In this document: positions 9,504 through 18,363 of the stretch, in pieces | Layout of the letters: each line of letters starts with the position of its first letter | How positions within the stretch are numbered: the first letter of the stretch is position 1 | From: an uncultured Limnohabitans sp. | GTDB taxonomy: Bacteria; Pseudomonadota; Gammaproteobacteria; Burkholderiales; Burkholderiaceae_C | Direction of reading: 5' to 3' | NCBI GenBank assembly: GCA_964544175.1 | Contig: CAZJAL010000009.1 | Span: 9,818 to 73,817 of the forward strand | Length of the DNA: 64,000 bases | The notes under the pieces: generated by a model | Told to the model about the DNA's origin: nothing | Database searches by the model: none | What the model saw: the letters and a program-made list of their open reading frames with translations, nothing else | Position numbers and translations under genes: made by a program

Positions 9504-10039
9504 TTGGCGGCCTCTTGCATGTGAGGTTTGGCGTCTTCTTCAGAGTCAGTCACCTGAATCAGGTCGGCCTCGTTGAATTCGCCTTTGGCCAAGCGCACCA
9601 ATTTGCCAATGATCATCAGGCCCATGGCAACGCTGGTGACATAGCCTACGCCGTACACCCAGCTCATGGGCAGTTCTGTGACGCCAGAGCGCGTGGTGGC
9701 GTTGATACCGTGTTGTTTTAGGGTGCCATAAAACATTAGCACACAGCAACCCAACATGAGTAGGTTGGAAATACCGAATGCAATTTTTTTGCCTGTGAGG
9801 TTGAGCTTGCGAACCACAGAGTCAAGTCCAAGATGCGCGTTGTCACGCATGGTGACAATGGCGCCCAAAAATGTGATCCAAATGAACAAGAATCTTGACA
9901 ACTCTTCCGAGCTGATGATGCCGTCGTTAAAGCCATATCGCAAAACAACATTGCCAAAAACCATGATGACCATGGCAGACAACATGATCACCAAAGTGAA
10001 CTCAGCCAAGCGAAAAAACAAGTCGTTGATTTTTTTCAT
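9500..10039 (-). CDS. dctQ: TRAP transporter small permease
   Basis: ATG at 10039 (MKKINDLFFRLAEFTLVIML...). About four TM helices, positioned between the DctP and DctM homologues. Confidence 0.85.
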   Translation of the reverse strand: MKKINDLFFRLAEFTLVIMLSAMVIMVFGNVVLRYGFNDGIISSEELSRFLFIWITFLGAIVTMRDNAHLGLDSVVRKLNLTGKKIAFGISNLLMLGCCVLMFYGTLKQHGINATTRSGVTELPMSWVYGVGYVTSVAMGLMIIGKLVRLAKGEFNEADLIQVTDSEEDAKPHMQEAAK

Positions 10040-10094
10040 AGGACACACACATTAAAAAGCCCTCTTCGTCAGAAGAGGGCTTTGGGAGCACAGA

Positions 10095-11069
10095 TTACTT
10101 GGTGTTTTCGATGGCTTGCAACAAAGCAGGACCGTTCTTTTCACCAAATGTCTTGGCAATTTCGGCAGACACAATTTTCTGGAAAGGTGCCATGTCGACA
10201 TTCTCGATCACTTGCATGCCAGACTTCTTCAGGTCAGCTATAACTTTGCCAGCATTGGAAGCGTTCAAACCACGTTGGTACTTGGCAGCTTCACGCGCAG
10301 CTTCCACCACAATGGTTTGGTAGTTGGCAGGCAGTGAATCAAACTTGCCTTTGTTCATGGCCACCACCAAAGGTGAGTAAACGTGGTTACTCACGGTCAA
10401 GTGCTTTTGAACTTCATAAAACTTAGAAGACCAAGTGACGTTGATGGGGTGCTCTTGCGCATCAAAGGTGCCAGTTTCCAAAGCGGTGTACAGCTCGGCG
10501 ATAGGCATTGGCGATGGGTTCATGCCCAACAGTTTGAAAGCTTGAATGTGATAAGGGTTGGGTGTAGAGCGAATCTTCAAGCCCTTCAAGTCTTCAGGCT
10601 TGTTAACAGGGCGCTTGTTGTTGGTGAATGCGCGCCAGCCGTTTTCCCAGTAGGCCAAGCCCTTCATGCCGTGGGGTGCCAACTCGTTTAACACGCCCGT
10701 GCCCACAGCGCCGTCAAGCACTGTGTAAGCGTGCTGTGCGCTACGGAATACAAAGGGCAACTCCATGGCTGCTGTGTTGGGCACAATGCCGTTGAAGTTA
10801 GAAGCACCGCTAGACACGATGTCAATCGTGCCACCGCGCACGCCATTGATCATGGCGGCATCGTTGCCCAATTGGTTGGCTGGGAAGATGGTGATTTCAA
10901 CATCACCGTTGGTGCGTTGTTTGACCAACTCGGCCAATTTCATGGCGGCTGCGTGTTGGCCGTCGGTGGTGTTTACCGCGTGGCCCATTTTGAGGTTGAA
11001 CTTGGCAGCAAAAGCGGCCGAGCCCATGCTGGCGATCAAGCAAGCAACGAGAATGCGAGAAATTTTCAT
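10095..11069 (-). CDS. dctP: TRAP transporter substrate-binding protein
   Basis: Start at MKISRILVACLIASMGSAAFA (signal peptide) with GGAGAC upstream. DctP-like body (KMGHAVNTTDGQH..., FPANQLGND). Confidence 0.9.
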   Translation of the reverse strand: MKISRILVACLIASMGSAAFAAKFNLKMGHAVNTTDGQHAAAMKLAELVKQRTNGDVEITIFPANQLGNDAAMINGVRGGTIDIVSSGASNFNGIVPNTAAMELPFVFRSAQHAYTVLDGAVGTGVLNELAPHGMKGLAYWENGWRAFTNNKRPVNKPEDLKGLKIRSTPNPYHIQAFKLLGMNPSPMPIAELYTALETGTFDAQEHPINVTWSSKFYEVQKHLTVSNHVYSPLVVAMNKGKFDSLPANYQTIVVEAAREAAKYQRGLNASNAGKVIADLKKSGMQVIENVDMAPFQKIVSAEIAKTFGEKNGPALLQAIENTK

Positions 11070-11107
11070 GGTTGAGTCTCCTGTGGTTTTAACGTGGGTG
11101 AAAAAAA

Positions 11108-11446
11108 TCAATCGGTGGGCAGTGCATATTCGTCGGCACTGAACACGGTATGGAACACGGTGCCATCAAACATGGCGATGAGGTCTTTAGAAACTTCGCG
11201 GCTTTTCAAGCGAACTTCGGAGGCCAATGCAATTTCAATGGATTCGCGTGTGGGATAGCGCACAGACAACACCATGCCAAAGTGAGGATCTGCCACATCG
11301 CTTTCGACTTGCCTGAGTACGCGAACTTCTTGTGCACCAGGAAAGCGTGTCCACAAAGGCACCAGCTCTTTGCGGATGTAATCGTTGAAGGCTTGTTCTT
11401 TGCCAGGTTTGACATTGCCTTGAAAAAATGCGCAGCGTATGAACAT
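11108..11446 (-). CDS. small EthD/dimeric alpha-beta-barrel-like protein (uncertain family)
   Basis: 112 aa ORF tightly packed in the operon. MFIRCAFFQGNVKPGKEQAFNDYI resembles EthD-type proteins; the call is by resemblance only. Confidence 0.4.
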   Translation of the reverse strand: MFIRCAFFQGNVKPGKEQAFNDYIRKELVPLWTRFPGAQEVRVLRQVESDVADPHFGMVLSVRYPTRESIEIALASEVRLKSREVSKDLIAMFDGTVFHTVFSADEYALPTD

Positions 11447-11468
11447 GAGAATCCTATGGTTTTCTAAA

Positions 11469-12011
11469 TCAGGGGAGGGCGTTGAGTGCCGAGGCTTTTA
11501 AAGCTGTCAGGGCTTGCTGAAGAATCTGGACGACCGGTTGATCGATCGACAAGGTGATGACATCGGATTCGTCGGTGCTGGGTTTTTCCAGGGTTTGCAA
11601 TTGGCTGTCTAGCAAGCCGGGTTGCATGTAATGTCCGATGCGTTGTTGCATGCGTTGACGTATCAGATCGGGGTGGCCGTCTAAAAACAAAAACACCACC
11701 GGACCAGCCTGCTGCCGAATGCGATCGCGGTAAATTCGCTTCAGAGCAGAGCACGCCACAATGCCGCCCTGTGCGTTTTCGGCTTCGTCGTTGGTTAGGT
11801 AATGCGCAATGCGGTCGAGCCAAGGCCAGCGATCTTCATCTTGCAGCGCAATGCCGGCACTCATCTTGGCCACGCTTTCGGGCAAGTGCAGTGCATCACC
11901 GTCTTTCATGCGCAATTGAAGGGTTTCACTGAGGTTTTGTGCCAACGTAGACTTGCCAGAGCCAGACACACCCATGACAACGATTCTCAATGGAAGATCT
12001 TCTGGCTGCAT
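11469..12011 (-). CDS. gntK: gluconokinase
   Basis: 180 aa with P-loop VVMGVSGSGKSTLA and DGDALHLPESVAKMSAGIALQDEDRWPWL, typical of thermoresistant gluconate kinases. It is the first gene of the operon. Confidence 0.85.
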   Translation of the reverse strand: MQPEDLPLRIVVMGVSGSGKSTLAQNLSETLQLRMKDGDALHLPESVAKMSAGIALQDEDRWPWLDRIAHYLTNDEAENAQGGIVACSALKRIYRDRIRQQAGPVVFLFLDGHPDLIRQRMQQRIGHYMQPGLLDSQLQTLEKPSTDESDVITLSIDQPVVQILQQALTALKASALNALP

Positions 12012-12042
12012 GTCTGAATGTTGGGCTTGTAAATTTGAATTA

Positions 12043-12056
12043 GGACAGCGCTGTCC
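12043..12056. promoter_or_regulatory. perfect 14-bp palindrome GGACAGCGCTGTCC, LacI-family operator candidate
   Basis: Read directly in the sequence, 32 nt upstream of the gntK start. The central AGCGCT is typical of LacI/GalR operators. Confidence 0.6.
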
Positions 12057-12147
12057 AAAACTATAAAAAAAAAGAAAAACCGAATTTCAAATTTTCATTA
12101 GGGAAATCGATGCCTTATGCGCTTGAAATTTTCAGGTTAAATTCTTC

Positions 12148-12161
12148 GGATAGCGCTATCC
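12148..12161. promoter_or_regulatory. perfect 14-bp palindrome GGATAGCGCTATCC, second LacI-family operator candidate
   Basis: Read directly in the sequence, 8 nt upstream of the regulator ATG at 12169. It differs from the first palindrome only at the symmetric position 4/11. Confidence 0.6.
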
Positions 12162-12168
12162 TAACGAA

Positions 12169-13278
12169 ATGGATGTCATTTTTGCTAAGGACAAACCCTT
12201 GAAAACAACTGCCGCGCGAGCCAAAAACCATCGTTCAACAGGGCGGATTACCCTGAACGATGTAGCCATGGCTGCGGGTGTCAGTCCAAGCACGGTATCG
12301 CGTGCGTTGCGGGGTGAGCGAGCTGTTGACCCCGACCTGGTTGCCAGAGTATTGGAAGTGTCAGACAAGTTGGGTTATGTGCCCGATCCGGCCGCGCGCG
12401 CTTTGGCCTCGCAGCGCAGTGATCACGTGACCATCTTGATCCCCCTGCTGTCCAACACCTTGTTTGTGGACTTGCTAGAGACCGCACAAAGAACACTGCG
12501 GGCGGCTGGCTTCCAAACGCTGATGGGCGTCACACATTACAACGCCAACGAGGAAGAACAACTCCTCAGAGAGCAACTGCATCATCGGCCCGCAGGCATG
12601 TTAATCACTGGACTCGATCACAGCACAGCCACCCAAAAACTGATGATGCGCAGCAATGTACCGTGTGTGCATTTGATGGACTTGCCCGATGAGCTTCAAG
12701 CAGCGCATGCCGTCATCAAGGACAGTCAAGAAACCATGGCAGGCCCTTACTGTGTTGGATTTAGACAGACCGATGCGGGTGAAGCCATGACGCGGCATCT
12801 CATTGCGCAAGGCAAAAAGCGAATTGTGTTTGCAGCCGCCCAGCTAGACCCACGAGTGATGCAACGCTTAAAGGGTTGGCGCATTGCCCTCAAAGACAGC
12901 CAGCTCTACGACCCAACATTGGAGTGGCTAAACCCAGCGGCGTCATCGTTGGCCTTGGGCGGTTTGATGTTTGAGCAAATCATCAAGCAAAGTCCTGCCG
13001 TCGATGCCATCTTCTTTTGCAATGACGACTTGGCGCAAGGTGCCTTGTTGGCGGCCATGCGTTTGGGCATTAAGGTGCCCGCACAAGTGGCCATTGCAGG
13101 CTTCAACGACTTAACAGGCAGCGATCAAATGTGGCCACCCTTGACCACGGTCAGAACGCCGCGGGCACAGGTGGGGGAGGCCGCTGCGCGCATGTTGTTG
13201 CAACTGATTCAGGGAGAAACCCCAGAGCAGCCGCAACTTGACTTGGGTTTCGAGATCGTTCAGCGGCAGAGCGCTTAG
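12169..13278 (+). CDS. LacI-family transcriptional regulator (GntR/IdnR-like role)
   Basis: HTH ITLNDVAMAAGVSPSTVSRALRG followed by a periplasmic-binding-fold body. It is divergent from the gluconate/idonate operon. Confidence 0.85.
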   Translation: MDVIFAKDKPLKTTAARAKNHRSTGRITLNDVAMAAGVSPSTVSRALRGERAVDPDLVARVLEVSDKLGYVPDPAARALASQRSDHVTILIPLLSNTLFVDLLETAQRTLRAAGFQTLMGVTHYNANEEEQLLREQLHHRPAGMLITGLDHSTATQKLMMRSNVPCVHLMDLPDELQAAHAVIKDSQETMAGPYCVGFRQTDAGEAMTRHLIAQGKKRIVFAAAQLDPRVMQRLKGWRIALKDSQLYDPTLEWLNPAASSLALGGLMFEQIIKQSPAVDAIFFCNDDLAQGALLAAMRLGIKVPAQVAIAGFNDLTGSDQMWPPLTTVRTPRAQVGEAAARMLLQLIQGETPEQPQLDLGFEIVQRQSA

Positions 13279-13286
13279 GCTTTGCT

Positions 13287-14264
13287 TTAAGCCAGCACAT
13301 TGCGCAAGGGCTGGCCTGCACTCAATCGGTTGATGTTGTCTGCAATGCTGTGTTTGCGTCGATTCACCGTGCCTTCGGTCCAACCCGACATGTGCGGTGT
13401 CATTAAGACGTTTTGTAAACTGGCAAAGTCAAATTGCGAGGGTGAGCACGTGGCATGCTCTGAATCGGGGTATTGGTACCAAGTGTCAATGATGGCGCCA
13501 CCAATGCGTTGGTGTTTTAAGCATTCAAACAGGGCGGCTTCATCGATCACGGCACCACGGCCTACGTTGATGATGAGTGCGTGAGGTCGCATGCAAGCCA
13601 AGGCATTGGCATCAACCAAACTTCGCGTGCTGTCGGCCAAGGGCAGAGTGATCACCACGGCATCACACGCTGCCATGAATGCATGCAAGTCGCTTAACTT
13701 GAAGCTTTGATCGACATCGTCGCTGTGCACAGGGCTTCTGTTGGCCACCACCACGTGCATGCCAAAGGCTTTAGCGCGCTGTGCCAAGGTTTTGGCAATG
13801 TGGCCAAAACCCAGCAGGCCTATGGTTTGAGAACCTAACTCGGTTCGCAGGGCGCCAGGCCGGCCTGCAAAATAAGGCCACTCGCCCTGACGCAGTGCTT
13901 GATCGGCTTTAAGAAGCGGGACATGGCGGGCCAGCAGCGCAGCCATGACATATTCCGAAATGGCATTTTCATGACCAAAGCAATTGGCCAACTGTGCATG
14001 AGCCGGCAAGCAAGCGCGGTCGATGCCGTCAGTCCCAGCAGCAGGTGCTTGCAACAATTTGATGGCCAAAGGACGGGGCATGCTCGCGTTCAAGCTGACC
14101 CCAACCACCACGTCGGCAGATTCAAAATGCTCTTTTTCACCGGCTTGGTCGAGGCCTTGGGAGACCATGACAATTTGGTGTGGGTGATGCAAAAGCCCCT
14201 CGATGTCTGTTCGAAAATTGGCGGAGTTGTTGCCGTGGAAGACAATTTTCAAAACAGATTGCAT
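13287..14264 (-). CDS. D-isomer-specific 2-hydroxyacid dehydrogenase family protein
   Basis: Start at MQSVLKIVFHG. Motifs: NAD fold IGLLGFGHIAKTLAQRAKAFGMHVV, RGAVIDEAAL, TPHMSGWT. Confidence 0.8.
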   Translation of the reverse strand: MQSVLKIVFHGNNSANFRTDIEGLLHHPHQIVMVSQGLDQAGEKEHFESADVVVGVSLNASMPRPLAIKLLQAPAAGTDGIDRACLPAHAQLANCFGHENAISEYVMAALLARHVPLLKADQALRQGEWPYFAGRPGALRTELGSQTIGLLGFGHIAKTLAQRAKAFGMHVVVANRSPVHSDDVDQSFKLSDLHAFMAACDAVVITLPLADSTRSLVDANALACMRPHALIINVGRGAVIDEAALFECLKHQRIGGAIIDTWYQYPDSEHATCSPSQFDFASLQNVLMTPHMSGWTEGTVNRRKHSIADNINRLSAGQPLRNVLA

Positions 14265-14298
14265 GGGGCCTTTGCGATCAGGTGGCAAATGAACAGAA

Positions 14299-15318
14299 TC
14301 AGTCAGCCTTGGCGCCTGAGGCTTTCACAATGGGTCCCCAGCGTTGTACTTCGGCCTTGTTCATTTCTGCCATGGTTTCGGGGCTGGTGCCCATGATGAT
14401 GTAGCCTAAATCAGTCATGCGTTTGACAAACTCGGGAGACTTTGTTCCCTTGTTGGCCTCAGCGTTGAGTTTCATGATCACTTCGCGTGGCGTGTTGGCT
14501 GGTACAGACAAGCCAAACCACACGCCTGACTCATAACCTGCCACACCGGCCTCTGCCATGGTGGGTAAATCGGGCAACAAGGGGTCGCGCTTAGCGCCTG
14601 TGGTGGCCAGTGCTCTGAGCTTGCCCGATTTGATGTGGGGAATGGCGGAAGGAATGTTGTCAAACATCATCATGACCTGGCCGCCCAGCAGATCATTAAC
14701 CGCGGGGGCACTGCCTTTGTAGGGAATATGCGTGATGTTGACATTGGTGAGCGACTTGAACATTTCGCCCGACATGTGGATGCTGGTGCCGCTACCGCTG
14801 GACGCGTAATTCATGGCGCCTGGCTGAGATTTGGCCATGGCAATAACTTCAGACACAGAGTTGGCTTTGACGGAGGGGTGCAAAACCAACACGTTGTTCA
14901 GCGACACCAAGGCCGTGACGGGCGTCAGGTCTTTGTTGGGGTCGAAAGGCATCTTGGCATACAGCGCAGGGTTGATGGCTTGAATACCGCTGGTGGTCAT
15001 GAAGATGGTGTAGCCATCGGGGTTGGCGCGAGACACTTCTGCACCACCGATGTTGCCGCCGGCGCCGGGTTTGTTGTCAACAGTGACAGGTTGACCCAGG
15101 TTTTTCGACAATTCTTGCGCAATGGCGCGCGATGCAATGTCAACTGCGCCACCAGGGGGGAAGGGGCAAACCAAGCGAATGGGCTTGTTGGGAAAACTTT
15201 GCGCCATGACGGCGGGCGCCGTCATGAGCATGCCAGAAAAGCCCAAAGAAATTGCAAGTGCAGAAAGGCCGTTCAAAGCCTGACGGCGTTTTGCATTGGG
15301 TAAGCGAGAAGAAGTCAT
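14299..15318 (-). CDS. Bug-family (TctC-like) tripartite tricarboxylate transporter substrate-binding protein
   Basis: Start at MTSSRLPNAKRRQALNG with a signal peptide. Typical FPNKPIRLVCPFPPGGAVDIASR and YASSGSGTSIHMSGE motifs. Confidence 0.85.
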   Translation of the reverse strand: MTSSRLPNAKRRQALNGLSALAISLGFSGMLMTAPAVMAQSFPNKPIRLVCPFPPGGAVDIASRAIAQELSKNLGQPVTVDNKPGAGGNIGGAEVSRANPDGYTIFMTTSGIQAINPALYAKMPFDPNKDLTPVTALVSLNNVLVLHPSVKANSVSEVIAMAKSQPGAMNYASSGSGTSIHMSGEMFKSLTNVNITHIPYKGSAPAVNDLLGGQVMMMFDNIPSAIPHIKSGKLRALATTGAKRDPLLPDLPTMAEAGVAGYESGVWFGLSVPANTPREVIMKLNAEANKGTKSPEFVKRMTDLGYIIMGTSPETMAEMNKAEVQRWGPIVKASGAKAD

Positions 15319-15416
15319 TGATATCTCCACATTCAAAATTGAAGCCATAGACTATGAGAGTTTTCAAATTTTTTTCACAGGATATTCCCTTGTTTCTGTG
15401 AAAGAAGGTCACCGAG

Positions 15417-16640
15417 GTGCCAGAAAATCGGGGTTTAATGCCACTTGACTTTTTCAATCTAGACCGCATGCCAAAAATTGCCTCACTGTTATTGAACATC
15501 GGCCACGCACTCGATCATTTGTTTTTGTTGATCTTTGCCACGGCGGTCAGCGCCATTGCCACGGAGTTTGGTGTGGGACGTTGGGAGGACATGATGCCTT
15601 ACACCGTTGGGGCCTTTGTGATGTTTGGTTTGGGGTCCATTCCAGCAGGCCGTTTAGGCGATTTGTGGGGTCGCCGCCAAATGATGTTGGTGTTCTATTT
15701 TGGGATGGGCTTGTCTGCCATGGCAGTGGCCATGACGCAAACGCCCATTCAGATGGCCATTGCGCTCACTGTTTTGGGCGTTTTTTCAGCCATTTATCAC
15801 CCCGTTGGAATTCCCATGCTGGTGCAAAAGTCCCTACGCCCAGGACTGACCATTGGCGTGAATGGCTTGGCGGGCAACTTGGGCATTGCCATGGCGGCCT
15901 TGTCGACGGGCTTCTTGGTGGCTTGGCAGGGTTGGCGAGTGGCATTCCTGGTGCCAGGCGTGGTCGCCATCGTGTGTGGCATTTTGTTTGCGTGGTATGC
16001 CCCAAGTGAATCGACAGCGCCTGCCATGAAAAAATCGAGCGTGCTCCAATTGCCCAAGCACCTTGCCTGGAGAACCTTTATCGTCATGGTGGTCACTTCC
16101 ACCACGACCAGCTTGCTTTTCAATATCACCACCAATGGCAACACGCAGTTGTTGGCCGAGCGTTTGGATGGTTTGGTGTCTGATCCATCGCGCCTTGGTG
16201 TGCTGTTGGCTCTGATTTATGCCGTGGCGTCTTTGGCTCAGTTGGTGGTGGGTCGCTTGCTAGATTGGCTGCCCGTGAAGCCGCTGTTTTTCAGTGTGTT
16301 GTTTTTACAAATTGTGAGTTTTGCCATTGCTTCACAGTCGACAGGCTGGGCTTGGTATGCAGCGGCCATTGGCTACATGGTGATGGTCTTTGCCGCCATT
16401 CCCTTCAGCGACACCATGGTGGTGCGTTACATCGACGACACCATGCGTTCCCGAGTCAGCGGCACACGCATTGCCATTTCGTTTGGCATCAGCTCTATGG
16501 CTGTTTACATGCTGGGGCCATTTGTAAAAGCTTCCGGCTTTACGCTTCTGATGGTAGCCGCCTCGTGTGTGGCGGCTTTGGGCGCATGCATTGTTTTGTT
16601 TTTGCCCAGTGAAACTCAAATGAAGCAATCAGCGGCTTAA
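15417..16640 (+). CDS. MFS transporter
   Basis: 407 aa polytopic ORF with GRLGDLWGRR loop motif. The start is uncertain: GTG 15417, ATG 15438 or ATG 15468. Confidence 0.75.
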   Translation: MPENRGLMPLDFFNLDRMPKIASLLLNIGHALDHLFLLIFATAVSAIATEFGVGRWEDMMPYTVGAFVMFGLGSIPAGRLGDLWGRRQMMLVFYFGMGLSAMAVAMTQTPIQMAIALTVLGVFSAIYHPVGIPMLVQKSLRPGLTIGVNGLAGNLGIAMAALSTGFLVAWQGWRVAFLVPGVVAIVCGILFAWYAPSESTAPAMKKSSVLQLPKHLAWRTFIVMVVTSTTTSLLFNITTNGNTQLLAERLDGLVSDPSRLGVLLALIYAVASLAQLVVGRLLDWLPVKPLFFSVLFLQIVSFAIASQSTGWAWYAAAIGYMVMVFAAIPFSDTMVVRYIDDTMRSRVSGTRIAISFGISSMAVYMLGPFVKASGFTLLMVAASCVAALGACIVLFLPSETQMKQSAA

Positions 16641-16981
16641 ACAGCCGCCGTGGCCACCACTTCCAAACGCCATTTGGGAGAGGCCAGGTTGGCTTGAACC
16701 GTCGCGCGCGGCGGAGTATGCCCCGGCACAACCCAAGCATCCCAGACTTTGTTCATGCCCTCAAAGTCTTGCAAATCGACCAAGAAAATTTGCACCATCA
16801 ACAATTTACTTTTATCGCTGCCAGCGCGCGCCAGCAGTTTGTCGATGGCATCTAAAACTTGTTGGGTTTGACCTTCAATGCCCAGATGGGGATCTTCTGG
16901 AATTTGACCTGCCAAATAGACCACGCCGTTGTGAATGGCCATTTCGGACAAACGCGTGCCGACATCAAATCTTTGAATCAT
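16637..16981 (-). CDS. RidA/YjgF-family protein
   Basis: Start at MIQRFDVGTRLSEMAIHNGVVYLAGQIPED. C-terminal PRATVQANLASPKWRLEVVATA is typical of the family. Confidence 0.8.
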   Translation of the reverse strand: MIQRFDVGTRLSEMAIHNGVVYLAGQIPEDPHLGIEGQTQQVLDAIDKLLARAGSDKSKLLMVQIFLVDLQDFEGMNKVWDAWVVPGHTPPRATVQANLASPKWRLEVVATAAV

Positions 16982-17106
16982 GGAGCTAAGCCTGTTGGTG
17001 AAGTTTGTGAGGTTTGTGTGAGGTTTCGGAATGGAACTCATTTTGCCATTCCTGAGACACTAAAATGATTTGAACTGCCATTCCCTATTGCTTTGAAAGC
17101 CACCCC

Positions 17107-18363
17107 ATGAAACTGCCGAACAGTCTGCGTGCACTCCAGCACCGCAACTTTCGCTTGTTCATTGTGGGGCAGGGTACATCTCAAATTGGCAATTGGGTTC
17201 AATTGATCGCCACCAGTTGGTTGGTGTACCGCTTGTCAGAGTCGACCCTGATGCTGGGTTTGTCGGCCTTTTGCTTGCAAATTCCCATGCTTGTCATCAC
17301 CCCCTTTGCAGGCGTGCTGATCGATCGATTAGATGTTCGTCGTCTTTTGTTTGCCACCAACTCGTTGGCCATGTTGCAGTCTTTGGTGATGTTGGCACTC
17401 ATGGTCAGTGGCCAAATTGAGGCCTGGCATGTCATTGCTGGCAACCTTGTGCTGGGCTTGGGCAATGCCTTTGATGCACCTGCCAGACAAGCCTTGATTT
17501 CAAAATTGCTGCCCAACCGTCAAGAGCTGACAAATGCCATCGCCCTCAATTCAACGGTCATGAACGGCGCACGCTTCATTGGCCCCATGTTGGGGGGCTT
17601 GGTTACAGCCAGCTTTGGTGAGGTATGGAGTTTTGCGGTCAATTGTGTGATGCGTTTGGCGGTGTTGTTTGCTTTGAATGCCACCCAAATGGCACAGCAC
17701 ATGGTCCCCAAAAGTCAGGCGGGTATTCTGAGGCAACTGATGGCGGGGCTTGAATACGCCTACGGTTTCTTTCCAAGCCGCTGCGCCTTGGTGCTGTTGG
17801 CTTTCAGTAGTTTTTGTTTGCAATCGTATGCCTCCTTGATGCCCTGGTTTGCAAGCGAAAGATTTCAGGGCGATTCTCGAACCTTGGGGCTGCTCTACAG
17901 CGCTGCCGGACTGGGAGCCGTGTGTGGCATGCTTTATTTAGCCTCTCGCAACACCATTCGAGGTCTTTTCAAAATCATAGGCTGGAGCGCGGGCGTGGCC
18001 AGCGTCACTTTGGTGGCGTTTTCATTTGCGCCTTCTTTGTGGCTGGCGCTTCCGATGCTGTTTGTGTCGGCGCTTAGCATGATGTTGACAGCCGCCTCTA
18101 CCAATACGGTGCTGCAAAGCATCGTGCCCGATGAACTGCGTGGCCGTGTGGCAGCCCTCTATGTGATGTCCTTTTTGGGCATGTCGCCTGTAGGGTCTCT
18201 GGCCTCTGGCTGGTTGGCCAGCTTCATCGGTAGTCCTTATGCGCTGGCACTTTTGGGTTTGCTAGCCTTAATGGCAAGCTTGGTTTACGCCCATTTCTTT
18301 CAGCGCATTCGCCAAGACATATTGCCTTTGTACGAAGCCATGGAAATACCCCCGCACGATTAG
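17107..18363 (+). CDS. MFS transporter (EntS/MFS_3-like)
   Basis: 418 aa with N-terminus LRALQHRNFRLFIVGQGTSQIGNWVQ, typical of this MFS subgroup, and 12 predicted TM helices. Confidence 0.8.
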   Translation: MKLPNSLRALQHRNFRLFIVGQGTSQIGNWVQLIATSWLVYRLSESTLMLGLSAFCLQIPMLVITPFAGVLIDRLDVRRLLFATNSLAMLQSLVMLALMVSGQIEAWHVIAGNLVLGLGNAFDAPARQALISKLLPNRQELTNAIALNSTVMNGARFIGPMLGGLVTASFGEVWSFAVNCVMRLAVLFALNATQMAQHMVPKSQAGILRQLMAGLEYAYGFFPSRCALVLLAFSSFCLQSYASLMPWFASERFQGDSRTLGLLYSAAGLGAVCGMLYLASRNTIRGLFKIIGWSAGVASVTLVAFSFAPSLWLALPMLFVSALSMMLTAASTNTVLQSIVPDELRGRVAALYVMSFLGMSPVGSLASGWLASFIGSPYALALLGLLALMASLVYAHFFQRIRQDILPLYEAMEIPPHD

